From Acidobacteriota bacterium (lineage in GTDB: Bacteria; Acidobacteriota; UBA6911; RPQK01; JAJDTT01), in assembly GCA_965217775.1 (NCBI GenBank), contig CBDCJH010000002.1, forward strand, positions 800,001 through 864,000: a stretch of DNA of 64,000 nt, read 5' to 3'. A program made the translations under genes and the position numbers. Positions 19,301-28,281 of the stretch are shown piece after piece. The notes under the pieces were generated by a model, which worked only from the letters and a program-made list of their open reading frames with translations, made no database searches and had not been told where the DNA came from. The first letter of the stretch is position 1. Every line of letters starts with the position of its first letter.

Positions 19301-19886
19301 TGGGCTCCGTCAGGGGTCTAGGCAAGGGGAACTGCGTAGCTGAGTGCCCCAATGAACTCTCTCCATTGGGGTTCGTCCATCAGTCTTCCTCAAGGTTATC
19401 CGATATCGCCAACAGAGAGTGCGCAATGGCGCGTGCCGGGGCTCGGGACAAGTTGGCGTACTGGGGAATGCCAGACTGATATTCGATCCGGTGGCTTGGA
19501 AGTCCGATCCTGAATTCTATCGGGTGCTCGGGGCGTCGCTGGCTCCTATGAAAACCGGACAGGCGACGTTCCTAGTGTTGACCTGGAAGGTTCGGCTTTT
19601 TTTACTTCTCACGGTGCTCTCTCCATCGGTTCCGTTGCCTTCGCCCTGATGTATTTGCTGCCGACGGTAGCGCTCTGGGCGCTCCTCGTCATCCATGTTC
19701 TCCTCGATGTGCCGCTTGAAGGCCCTGTACCCCCAGCCGAAGCCTGCCAGCAAAAGGGACCTAACGGGCACTCAGCTACGCAGGACCCCCCATTTTATGG
19801 TTCGCCTGTAACCGATGCGCTGATTGCCCGGGAAGCCGGGAAGCTGGGGATATCAGACTTCGAGCCGGCCCGTCGCACTGATCCAA

Positions 19887-20405
19887 GTGCCTAACCGGAG
19901 GCCCTTCAGTGTTGCCGCCGCGGCCCAGTACCTGAGCAATGCCATCGGCACGATTCGCAACCTGGCCGATTTGAACATCATCAAAGCCAGAGTCGAACTC
20001 GACACCGCCGGCCGGCTACGGCGGGTCTTCGCTCAGGAGGACTTGGACGACGATGTCGATTCTCTGGAGCCGTGGTACGATTCGCCCCACGGCGAAGAAC
20101 CCGGATCCAGAAAGGAGGAGATGCATGGGCATCTACAAGGTGAAGGATCGCCGGGGGAGGAGACGATACGTCTTCAGCAAGTACTGGCCGAACGGATCCG
20201 GTCGGCTCCGAATGTACGCCCCCAACTACCGGAGCGCACAGGCGCTCCAAACTCGGGTGGAGTCCAGCATCCTGGACGGCACCTGGAAGCAACTCAAGGA
20301 GGAACTCGCCGGTGGGAAACGCACCATCTGGACGGTGCACAGTTTCTACCAGCGTTTTCTCGAGGAGTATTGCAAACCTCGCATGCGCTCCTGGCGGAGC
20401 TATGA
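19887..20405 (+). CDS. excisionase-like HTH protein (tail overlaps integrase)
   Basis: FSVAAAAQYLSNAIGTIRNLADLNIIKA...RRVFAQEDLD directly upstream of int. Confidence 0.55.
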   Translation: MPNRRPFSVAAAAQYLSNAIGTIRNLADLNIIKARVELDTAGRLRRVFAQEDLDDDVDSLEPWYDSPHGEEPGSRKEEMHGHLQGEGSPGEETIRLQQVLAERIRSAPNVRPQLPERTGAPNSGGVQHPGRHLEATQGGTRRWETHHLDGAQFLPAFSRGVLQTSHALLAEL

Positions 20406-21210
20406 GGGTTCGTTCAAGAGCCTCAACGCCATGCTGGGGAACATTCCCCTGAAGGAGTTCCAACGCAAGGACCTGCACCGCTACGTCGCCCAGAGGAAGA
20501 AGCAAGTCAAATCGGCCACGGTGAACCGCGCCATCGCCGCCATCAGCAAGCTGTTTTCCTACGCGCTGGAGTGTGGGGAGATCGACACGCACCCGCTGGT
20601 GCGGTTTTCCAAACTAAAGGAGCCCAAGAAGGTCTTCCGGCCATTGACGGTTCAGCAGTTCCGCGACCTGGTCGAGGCGGTGGACAACCCTTACCTGCAA
20701 GCCATGATCGCAGTGATCGGCGAGACGGGGATACGCAAGGGAGAAGCGTTGTCGCTCACTTGGAAACGGGTGGACCTGCGTCGCGAATTGCTCTGGGTGG
20801 AACTCACCAAGAACGACGAGACGAGGGAGATACCGCTGTCGAAGTACGCCACCGGATATCTGGTCGGGCTGGTTCGTTATCTGAACACTCCATACGTCTT
20901 CGTCAACAGCCGGACGGGGACGAGATGGGTGAATCTCGACAAGCCGCTACGTCGCGCTGCCGAGAAGGTGGGGTTGAAGGTCGGATTTCACGATCTGAGG
21001 CGCTTCCGGTGCAGCCATTGGCTGATGCAGGGTGTGGACGTGAGGACGGTGCAGAAGCTGATGGGACACTCGGCGATCAGCACGACGATGCGGTATGCGG
21101 GGTACGTCAGTTCGCATGCGCTGGCAAGCATTCGGGAGGCACAGGCTAACGAAGACTCACAAACACAACAGGCAACAAACAGGCAACGGGCAGGAAGCAA
21201 GGGGCAATGA
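20125..21210 (+). CDS. tyrosine recombinase / integrase
   Basis: RBS aggagg; TGIRKGE, K, FHDLRR, MGHS, RY catalytic residues intact. Confidence 0.95.
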   Translation: MGIYKVKDRRGRRRYVFSKYWPNGSGRLRMYAPNYRSAQALQTRVESSILDGTWKQLKEELAGGKRTIWTVHSFYQRFLEEYCKPRMRSWRSYEGSFKSLNAMLGNIPLKEFQRKDLHRYVAQRKKQVKSATVNRAIAAISKLFSYALECGEIDTHPLVRFSKLKEPKKVFRPLTVQQFRDLVEAVDNPYLQAMIAVIGETGIRKGEALSLTWKRVDLRRELLWVELTKNDETREIPLSKYATGYLVGLVRYLNTPYVFVNSRTGTRWVNLDKPLRRAAEKVGLKVGFHDLRRFRCSHWLMQGVDVRTVQKLMGHSAISTTMRYAGYVSSHALASIREAQANEDSQTQQATNRQRAGSKGQ

Positions 21211-21252
21211 TTCGAGGGAATACTTGGGATAACCTGTTGAAAATAAAGGATC

Positions 21253-21291
21253 AATCCTGTAGCTCAGTTGGACCGAGCAACGGATTTCCAA
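21253..21291 (+). other. tRNA-like 5' half (att arm), not a complete tRNA
   Basis: aatcctg-TAGCTCAGTTGGACCGAGC-A-ACGGA-tttccaa; no T-arm or acceptor 3' strand follows. Confidence 0.8.
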
Positions 21292-21352
21292 TCGCCCATT
21301 CTTCAGCGCCAAATTGTCACTCTGGAGTTCGGCGGTTGGAAACCCCCGATCC
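21283..21352. repeat. REP-like inverted pair, left unit truncated by island junction
   Basis: gatttccaatcgcc ... ggcggttggaaacccccgatcc, just downstream of the aldolase stop. Confidence 0.65.
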
Positions 21353-21357
21353 AATCC

Positions 21358-22194
21358 TTATCTGATGTTTGCCCGGTAGTCGTCCAGCAGGGCTGCGGCC
21401 CCGGTCCGGATGAATCCCAATTCCGATTCGGCTTCGAAGAAGGTGGCTCCCTTGCGGGCCCACTCGCCGGCGGCGGCGCCGCTCGACGGGGTGGTGCCGA
21501 AGGCCACGCCGTACTTCTTGCAGAGCTCCAGGACCGTCTCCATGGGACCCCGCACCGCAGGGTGATCGTAGTCGCCCGGGTGTCCGAACTCGATGGAAGT
21601 ATCTCCCGGGCCCACGTAACACATGTCCACCCCGGGCAGGCTCAGGATCTCCTCAGCGTTCTCGTATCCGCGGACCGTTTCCAGATGCACCACCACCGCG
21701 GTCTCCTGGTCCTGTTCGTCCATCCAGCCCTGCCAATCGGTGACGTGCCGGTAGTCGCTGTTGCCCCATCCCGGCGCCACGGCCCGGGTTCCCTCCAGTG
21801 GAAACTTCAGGTAACTCAGCAACTTCTGGACCTGCTCCCGGGTCTCGGTCCGGGGCAGTTGGATGCCCACCACTCCCGCCTCAAGCAACTTCGAGACCTC
21901 TTGGCGTTCCAGCTGGGGCGTCTTGGCGATGACCGGCAGGCCGTTGTCCCGGGCCGAGAGAATGGTGTCCGCCAGATCCTGCAAGGCAAAGAGGCTGTGC
22001 TCGTACTCGATATAGACGAAATCGAATCCCGCGTGCTGAAACAGTTTGACGAGGGACGGGTGGGCATACGCCTCCAGCATGGGTCCGATCAACACCTCCC
22101 CCCGCTTGAGGCGGGCCTTGAGGTGCCGCCCCGGTCCCCCCTCCGGATACCAGGGGTTGTCGATTCCGATGCTGGTCTTGGGACATTGGGACAT
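21358..22194 (-). CDS. HpcH/HpaI aldolase family protein
   Basis: GFDFVYIEYEHS, VHLETVRG, YVGPGD. Confidence 0.9.
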   Translation of the reverse strand: MSQCPKTSIGIDNPWYPEGGPGRHLKARLKRGEVLIGPMLEAYAHPSLVKLFQHAGFDFVYIEYEHSLFALQDLADTILSARDNGLPVIAKTPQLERQEVSKLLEAGVVGIQLPRTETREQVQKLLSYLKFPLEGTRAVAPGWGNSDYRHVTDWQGWMDEQDQETAVVVHLETVRGYENAEEILSLPGVDMCYVGPGDTSIEFGHPGDYDHPAVRGPMETVLELCKKYGVAFGTTPSSGAAAGEWARKGATFFEAESELGFIRTGAAALLDDYRANIR

Positions 22195-22215
22195 GGGGTC
22201 TCTTTCCGATGTGAA

Positions 22216-22629
22216 TCAAGTGATCCAGTTTTCGATCTTGAGTCCGGGAACTCTGGAGAAGTGTTTCCGGTTGTTGGTCACCAAAACACAGCCGATGCTG
22301 AGAGCGTGCGCGGCGATCATGGCGTCATTGCCGCCGATGGGCGTTCCGATTCTGAACAACTCTGCCTGTAGCGTTCCGAACTCCTCCGCTGCCTTTGCGT
22401 TCCACGCCATAATGCGGTTCAGCCGGTCGCAAAACAGCCGGATGGCTCGTTTGTAACTCTTGACGCGTTGAGACCTCTCGGCGCCAAGTCGCAACTCAGC
22501 ATAGGTGATGGCGGAAATCGATATTTCCGCACCCGAATGCGCTCTTGCGTGAAGGGTCGTCAGCAATGGCAGATCTCTCGCCCGAATCACGTAGCTGCAG
22601 ATGTCGGTATCCAGCATATACCGCATCAA
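22216..22629 (-). CDS. vapC: VapC PIN-domain toxin
   Basis: YMLDTDICSY, AELRLG, DAMIAAHA, LVTNNRKHF. Confidence 0.92.
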   Translation of the reverse strand: MMRYMLDTDICSYVIRARDLPLLTTLHARAHSGAEISISAITYAELRLGAERSQRVKSYKRAIRLFCDRLNRIMAWNAKAAEEFGTLQAELFRIGTPIGGNDAMIAAHALSIGCVLVTNNRKHFSRVPGLKIENWIT

Positions 22630-22859
22630 AACGTGACTCGATGGCTATCCATCAGCTCTGGTCTGGACTCCATAAAATCGTCGTCCACGGTCGGAGCTTC
22701 CTCGGCGTAGGATTTCCAGCTCTTGCGAGCAGGCAACAAGATCAAGGCTTCTCCGTCCTTACGGATGATCACTTCATCGACGCCCTCGAAACGAAACGCC
22801 TTGGGGATCCGAACGGCTTGACTGCGACCATTTACGAACAGCTTGGCAGTAGTTTCCAT
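22626..22859 (-). CDS. vapB: VapB (AbrB-type) antitoxin
   Basis: AKLFVNGRSQAVRIPKAFRF. Confidence 0.92.
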   Translation of the reverse strand: METTAKLFVNGRSQAVRIPKAFRFEGVDEVIIRKDGEALILLPARKSWKSYAEEAPTVDDDFMESRPELMDSHRVTF

Positions 22860-23033
22860 ACTTGCACTCCGACTCTGACCTGCACCGTCTCAATGCGACC
22901 ATTGTATATCACGGGCATATGCCAAGCGGCAAGTGAACCGTCCTATGGAAGCAACGCCGAATCGGACTTTCGCAGCCGGCTGCTATACTGGCGCCTCCCG
23001 CAACGGCACCGAATCCAATCGTGAAAGGACTCC

Positions 23034-24155
23034 ATGAATCGAAGGGAAGCGCTTCAAGCCGGCGCGGCTTCCTTGGTCCTGCCGGCGCTGGTCTCTTCGG
23101 CGTCCGCCCACACTACTGGAGATCCTCCGGGTAGCCGCATCCGGACGGCGATCCAGAAGGTCTGCGCCTGGCCCAATCTCAAACGCCTGGAGGACGGAAC
23201 CCTGGTGGCCTTCCTCTACAACCAACCCTGTCACGGGCTCTGGGAGGGGGACCTGGACTGCTGGGCCAGCGAGGATGACGGCCGGACCTGGCGCTTTCGC
23301 AGCCGGCCGGCCGAACATGAGCCCACCACGGCCCGCATGAACTGCGCGGCCGGTTTCGCCGCGAACGGTGATCTGGTGGTCCTGTGCAGCGGTTGGGCGG
23401 ACCGGGCGCCCAAGGGTGTCCTGAGCGGTCCTCACCGGCGGGTGGTCCGGGCCTGGGTCTGCCGCTCGTCCGACGGCGGACGCACTTGGGAGGTGAGCCG
23501 GGACTTTCCCGCTCCTCCCGATTCTCCGGCCGGACGAGACAATGAATTCATCGCGTTCGGCGATATTCGTATCGCTGAAGATGGATCTCTGTGCGCGCCG
23601 GTCTACCTTCGGCGGGAGGATCTGCGGGAATCCTATCTGCTGCGAAGCCGGGACGACGGGTGGACCTGGGGCGATCCGGTTCCCTTGAATCCGGGCGGGA
23701 ACGAAGCCGATATCCTGCATCTCGGAGGTGGCCACTGGTTGGCCGCGTCGCGGGAGTTCAAGGAGAGGCGCGACGTTCATCTGGAACTGTTCGTCTCCAC
23801 GGACGACGCTCGCACCTGGGAGCGAAAGATGCCACTGAGTCTGCCCATGCAGGTGACGGGCAACCTGGCGGCACTGTCGGACGGACGCGTTCTCCTCAGC
23901 TACGGAAACCGCTGTTGGAACAACTTCGGCGTGGACGTCCGGCTCAGCGAGGACCAGGGGAAATCCTGGAGCCCGCCCATCCGCATCGCCGACTGTCCCC
24001 GGGCCGACTGCGGGTATCCCAGCAGCGTGCAACTGGCCGACGGCCGGGCCGTCACCGCCTTCTACACCCAGGTCTCGGAAGACTTTCACTACGAGATGCG
24101 CGTGGCTACGTGGCGTCCCGGAAAGTACACGGCGTCCGGCCGGCCGCGTTCGTAG
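23034..24155 (+). CDS. sialidase/BNR-repeat protein with Tat signal
   Basis: MNRREAL; repeated SxDxGxTW Asp-boxes. Confidence 0.88.
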   Translation: MNRREALQAGAASLVLPALVSSASAHTTGDPPGSRIRTAIQKVCAWPNLKRLEDGTLVAFLYNQPCHGLWEGDLDCWASEDDGRTWRFRSRPAEHEPTTARMNCAAGFAANGDLVVLCSGWADRAPKGVLSGPHRRVVRAWVCRSSDGGRTWEVSRDFPAPPDSPAGRDNEFIAFGDIRIAEDGSLCAPVYLRREDLRESYLLRSRDDGWTWGDPVPLNPGGNEADILHLGGGHWLAASREFKERRDVHLELFVSTDDARTWERKMPLSLPMQVTGNLAALSDGRVLLSYGNRCWNNFGVDVRLSEDQGKSWSPPIRIADCPRADCGYPSSVQLADGRAVTAFYTQVSEDFHYEMRVATWRPGKYTASGRPRS

Positions 24156-24216
24156 GAAAGTCAAAAAGCCGGGGGGTGGCCGGCAGGCTGATCCTCGCTC
24201 GAGATGGTCATCTGCT

Positions 24217-25677
24217 TCAGGCCAGGAACTCCTCCATCACCTTTCCGTGGATGTCGGTCAGCCGGTGATGGCGGCCCTGGAACTTGAAGGTGAGCCGGGT
24301 GTGGTCGATTCCCAGGGCATGCAGGACGGTGGCCTGGAAGTCGTGGACGTGCACCGGGTCCCGAACCACGTTGTAGCCGAAGTCGTCGGTCTCTCCGTAG
24401 ACGGCGCCCGCCTTCATGCCGGCGCCGGCCATCCACATGGTGAAGCACCGGGGGTGGTGGTCGCGGCCGTAGTTGTCCTCGGTGAGCTGGCCCTGGCAGT
24501 AGGCCGTTCTTCCGAACTCGCCGCCCCAGATCACCAGTGTCTCCTCCAGCAGCCCCCGTTGCTTCAGGTCCGTCACCAACGCAGCCGAGGCTTGGTCGGT
24601 CGCGGTGCACTGCTCCCGGATCGCACTGGGAAGGTTGAGGTGCTGATCCCATCCCCGGTGGAAGAGCTGCACGAAGCGGACCCCCTTCTCGCTGAGGCGC
24701 CGGGCCAGCAGGCAGTTGGCGGCATAGGTTCCGGGCGTCCTGGAGTCGGGGCCGTAGAGGTCGAAGGTGCGCTCCGGTTCCTGGGAGAGGTCGGTCAACT
24801 CGGGGACCGAAGCCTGCATCCGAAAGGCCATCTCGTATTGGGAGATCCGGGCGGCGATCTCGGGGTCCCCCAAAGAATCCATGCGGATTCGGTTCAGGTC
24901 TCCGATTCCGTCCATCATGCGGCGCCGGGTCGCCATGCTGATCCCCGGAGGGTTGGAGAGATAGAGCACGGGATCGCCGCCGCCCCGGAACTTGACCCCC
25001 TGGTGGCTGGAGGGGAGGAATGCGCTTCCCCACATCCGGGACATGATGGGCTGCATGGCCCGAATCTCCCCCTTGGAGACCAGGACCACGAAGCTGGGCA
25101 GGCTGTCGTTTTCGCTTCCCAAGCCATAGCTCAGCCAGGCGCCCATGCTGGGCCGGCCGGGCTGTTGGCTTCCGGTCTGAATGAAGGTCATGGCCGGATC
25201 GTGGTTGATGGCGTCCGTGTGCACCGTCTTCACCATCAGCAGCTCATCGACGATTCGGGCCGTGTGAGGCAGCAGTTCGCTGACCCAGGTCCCGGACTGG
25301 CCGTGTTGCTCGAACTTGAAGAGGGAAGGGACCACCGGGAGTTGGGCCTGCTGCGAAGTCATTCCCGTGATGCGCTGTCCCCTGCGGATGGAGGCAGGCA
25401 GATCGGTGCCTCGAAGCTCCTGGAGCCGGGGTTTGTAGTCGAACAGGTCGAGTTGGGAGGGTCCCCCCGACTGGTAGAGGAAGATGATCCGCTTGGCGCG
25501 GGGAGCGAAGTGGGGGAGGCCGGGCAGGCCCCTTTTCCCGACTCCGCCGTCCACGGAACCAGCCGCCAGCTCGGGGCGCAGCAGCGACGCCAGAGCCGCC
25601 GTCCCCACACCCAAGGTGGTCCGAGAGAAGAAATGGCGCCGCGTCCACTCCGGATGGAGGGCTTGATTCAATTTCAC
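24217..25677 (-). CDS. DUF1501 domain protein
   Basis: [35 protein letters not shown]. Confidence 0.92.
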   Translation of the reverse strand: MKLNQALHPEWTRRHFFSRTTLGVGTAALASLLRPELAAGSVDGGVGKRGLPGLPHFAPRAKRIIFLYQSGGPSQLDLFDYKPRLQELRGTDLPASIRRGQRITGMTSQQAQLPVVPSLFKFEQHGQSGTWVSELLPHTARIVDELLMVKTVHTDAINHDPAMTFIQTGSQQPGRPSMGAWLSYGLGSENDSLPSFVVLVSKGEIRAMQPIMSRMWGSAFLPSSHQGVKFRGGGDPVLYLSNPPGISMATRRRMMDGIGDLNRIRMDSLGDPEIAARISQYEMAFRMQASVPELTDLSQEPERTFDLYGPDSRTPGTYAANCLLARRLSEKGVRFVQLFHRGWDQHLNLPSAIREQCTATDQASAALVTDLKQRGLLEETLVIWGGEFGRTAYCQGQLTEDNYGRDHHPRCFTMWMAGAGMKAGAVYGETDDFGYNVVRDPVHVHDFQATVLHALGIDHTRLTFKFQGRHHRLTDIHGKVMEEFLA

Positions 25678-25757
25678 CGGCTGCTTCTTGGTGAGGCCAT
25701 GGAATGATCTGCTCGAATCGAGTCTATTCCGGGCCGGGCATCCCGGTCAACGCGCCT

Positions 25758-25806
25758 GGAGGGGGGACAGTCTTGTCCCCCATTTGGGAGGGGGGACTGT
25801 TAGTCC
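25758..25806 (+). repeat. GGAG-type REP-like palindromes; second unit split by element 2
   Basis: ggaggggggacagtcttgtccccc and ggaggggggactgttagtcc (3' C-run missing here, found at 28241-28246). Confidence 0.7.
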
Positions 25807-25891
25807 TAATTGTCTCTCAGTCAAAAACTAACGAACATTAACTTTTTACGGAGCAAATGCGGAGGTTGCCGGCTGAACCCGTTTCCTGGTA

Positions 25892-26113
25892 GCCGACTTG
25901 TAATCGGTACGGCGTTAACAGCCCGTGGTAAAAGTCGTCACGGCATTCGACCGTCCCTGCATCCCGGCGGACTGCGTTGCTATCGGCTCACATACTCCCG
26001 GTATGCTCCCTCCGTTGCGCCTTGTCCGGCGGGCGCAGGAACGGTCTCGGTGCTCGCGGGACTTTCACCACGGGCTGTTAAGCCGCGCGGGTTCGACTCC
26101 CGCCCCGCTTCCA
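25892..26113 (+). other. degenerate tRNA-like 3' part (anticodon, long variable and T arms) split by a MITE
   Basis: GCCGA-CTTGTAA-TCGGT, CGGC-gttaa-GCCG, GCGGG-TTCGACT-CCCGC, cccgcttCCA after removing the MITE. Confidence 0.65.
25915..26081 (+). mobile_element. MITE family 1, copy 1
   Basis: TIR acagcccgtggt / accacgggctgt flanked by TA/TTAA; internal hairpins; 3 copies in window. Confidence 0.85.
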
Positions 26114-26265
26114 TCAGCGTATGATAGTTGGGAATCTCAGGATGCAATCAGAAACGAAGATGCCCGCCAAGCAGGCCGAGCGACCGAGGCTCGACACCGC
26201 GCTCACCGAGAATCTAAAGATGCTGGGGTTCGAGGGTGGGGGGCCGTGAAGCCCGGAGGGAACTC

Positions 26266-28017
26266 GTGAACGTAACCGACGCGGAAATCCGCCAGCGTTT
26301 GCGCCTGGGCGAGGACAGCGGCTGGGAGTTCAAGCAGATCGAATTTAGTGGCGATCGCCCGACAAGCCTCCGGCGAGAGGACCTCTCCGATGAGATTGCG
26401 GCCTTCGCCAACGCGAACGGGGGCGTGCTTCTTTGCGGGATTTCCGACGGCGGTCGGATCCAGGGTATGTCCCCAGAGCAGATGGCCGCTCTTGACCACC
26501 TGTTGGTCGAAGTGAGCACGGACGCGGTGGAACCTTCCCTTCGCATCCACGTTCACCATCGAGAACTCGACGGCAGGGCCTTCGTACTCGTGGCTGTACC
26601 GCGGGGCGATGCCGTACACGAGCGAGCCGGTCGCGCATTCATCCGGGTCGGCGCAACCAAACGCCGCCTCGGCGGCGACGAGCGTCTGCGGCTGGCGCGA
26701 GGACGCGCCCAGAGCCGCTACGTCTGGTTCGACCGGCAGATTGTTCCGCAGACCGGCTTCGAGACCCTCAACGAGCGTCTTTGGGAACCGCTGCTCAGCG
26801 TGGCAGGAGCGTCTGACCCTCGCCGGGCTCTGATGAACCTTCGGCTTCTGGCGCCCGATGAAGCCGATGTGGACCGGGCCACGGTAGCTGGCGTGCTGCT
26901 CTGCACCAACTCTCCCCAGGACTGGTTGCCGCAAGCGACTATCGTGGCGACCCGCTATCGCGGCAAGGAACGAGCCTCCGGCCAGTTGGACGCACAGGAA
27001 ATCGCAGGGCCGCTTCCCATCCAGATCGCTCACGCGGTGAAGTTCGTGGTCCGCAACATGCGCGTATCGGCACGCAAGACGCCTTCGCGAGAAGATGCGC
27101 CGCAGTACAGCAAGTCTGCGGTGTTTGAAGCCGTGGTCAACGCGGTTGTGCACCGCGACTACTCAATGTCCTCGCGCCGGATCAGGCTGTCGATGTTCAA
27201 GGATCGGCTGGAGATTGACTCGCCCGGTCAACTTCCCAACGGGATGACAATAGACAGCATGGATTCGAGTCAAGCAACACGCAACGAAGTTCTCGCTTCC
27301 GTGTTTGGACGAATCCCCGTGGGCGACGTTCCCGGGTCTCGGCATCGCCGATACATGATGGAACGCCGAGGGGACGGCGTCTCGATCATCCTCACGGAAA
27401 CCCGCGAGACCGCCGGCATTGAGCCGGAGTACAGAGTCATTGATGTGTCGAGTCTGGTGCTGGCTATCCCGGCGGCCAGACTCGAACTCACACCGTCGGA
27501 CGCCACGGTCACGGTGCACATGGAGGGCGAGCCTCTAGTCGGCGTCGACATCCTGGCCCTGTTTCCGAACAAGACTTGGCAACGGGCAACAACCGACGAA
27601 GCTGGCGAAGCAGACTTCGACCTGTACACGACGCATCTGCCGATGACCGTTTACGCCGCAGTCTCCGGGTACACTGCCGGGTTGGCACGGGAGTGGACTC
27701 CGCGCCAAGGCGGCCTGTTGCTGGAACTGGCTCCGCTCCTGGCCGGAGGCGCGATCATTTTTCCACAGTCTACCGGACATCTCCCCGGACTTCGCGGACG
27801 GCTGAACCCGATACGCGATACTTCCGATCGGACCTATCTGTACGCAGACAACGTCGCCATCGAGCAGGGACGGCAGCAGCCGGTGTCGTTCCGGCTGGGC
27901 AAACCGATGAGGCTAACAGACGCGTTCGGTGTCGAAATGTCAGTAACCATAGTCGACATCATTGGGAGTTCGGCCCTAGTGGAATACAGGCCCTTCGAAA
28001 CCAGCAAGAACCGGTGA
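26266..28017 (+). CDS. AlbA_2 (Schlafen-like) domain + HATPase_c_4 protein with extra C-terminal domains
   Basis: GEDSGWEFK, IAAFANANGG, EAVVNAVVHRDY, EIDSPG. Confidence 0.88.
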   Translation: MNVTDAEIRQRLRLGEDSGWEFKQIEFSGDRPTSLRREDLSDEIAAFANANGGVLLCGISDGGRIQGMSPEQMAALDHLLVEVSTDAVEPSLRIHVHHRELDGRAFVLVAVPRGDAVHERAGRAFIRVGATKRRLGGDERLRLARGRAQSRYVWFDRQIVPQTGFETLNERLWEPLLSVAGASDPRRALMNLRLLAPDEADVDRATVAGVLLCTNSPQDWLPQATIVATRYRGKERASGQLDAQEIAGPLPIQIAHAVKFVVRNMRVSARKTPSREDAPQYSKSAVFEAVVNAVVHRDYSMSSRRIRLSMFKDRLEIDSPGQLPNGMTIDSMDSSQATRNEVLASVFGRIPVGDVPGSRHRRYMMERRGDGVSIILTETRETAGIEPEYRVIDVSSLVLAIPAARLELTPSDATVTVHMEGEPLVGVDILALFPNKTWQRATTDEAGEADFDLYTTHLPMTVYAAVSGYTAGLAREWTPRQGGLLLELAPLLAGGAIIFPQSTGHLPGLRGRLNPIRDTSDRTYLYADNVAIEQGRQQPVSFRLGKPMRLTDAFGVEMSVTIVDIIGSSALVEYRPFETSKNR

Positions 28018-28200
28018 GAGTTTGGCCGAATATCTTGAAAGTAAGGTTTCCTTTTCCCCCTCAAATTGGGGGATGTAGTCAGGATAATCCTTAAAGTGCC
28101 TCGATGCCTTTCCGATCTCTGGCTTCCAGTCGCAGTATGGTTCGGATCTCGTTGCTTCGTCAGAATCTCGCCCAGGCCCAGGAACTACTATTAGTCCCCA

Positions 28201-28239
28201 CATCCCGTAGCTCAGTTGGACAAAGCGACGGACTGTCAG
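28201..28239 (+). other. tRNA-like 5' half (att arm), second copy
   Basis: catcccg-TAGCTCAGTTGGACAAAGC-G-ACGGA-ctgtcag. Confidence 0.8.
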
Positions 28240-28281
28240 TCCCCCCAAGCCCCGGAACCGGGGGTTGCAAACCCCCGCTCC
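28230..28281. repeat. REP-like palindromes at right junction
   Basis: ggactgtcagtcccccc and gggggttgcaaacccccgctcc next to the transporter stop codon. Confidence 0.7.

Larger units (their letters stand above)
610..21291. mobile_element. mosaic integrative genomic island (element 1); left boundary tentative
   Basis: xis-like + tyrosine integrase at right end followed by tRNA-like att arm; left-arm motif shared with element 2; dense IS, TA, R-M and pseudogene content. Confidence 0.7.
25804..28232. mobile_element. 2.4-kb non-autonomous integrative element (element 2) inside a REP
   Basis: duplicated core ggactgt(t/c)agtcc at 25794-25806 and 28230-28242; left-arm motif and tRNA-like right arm shared with element 1. 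Confidence 0.75.

Noticed and set aside
21253-21330. Complete tRNA gene after the integrase
   Set aside because: Only acceptor 5' strand, D-arm and half the anticodon arm are present; no TTCGA arm or pairing 3' strand. Same for 28201-28280.
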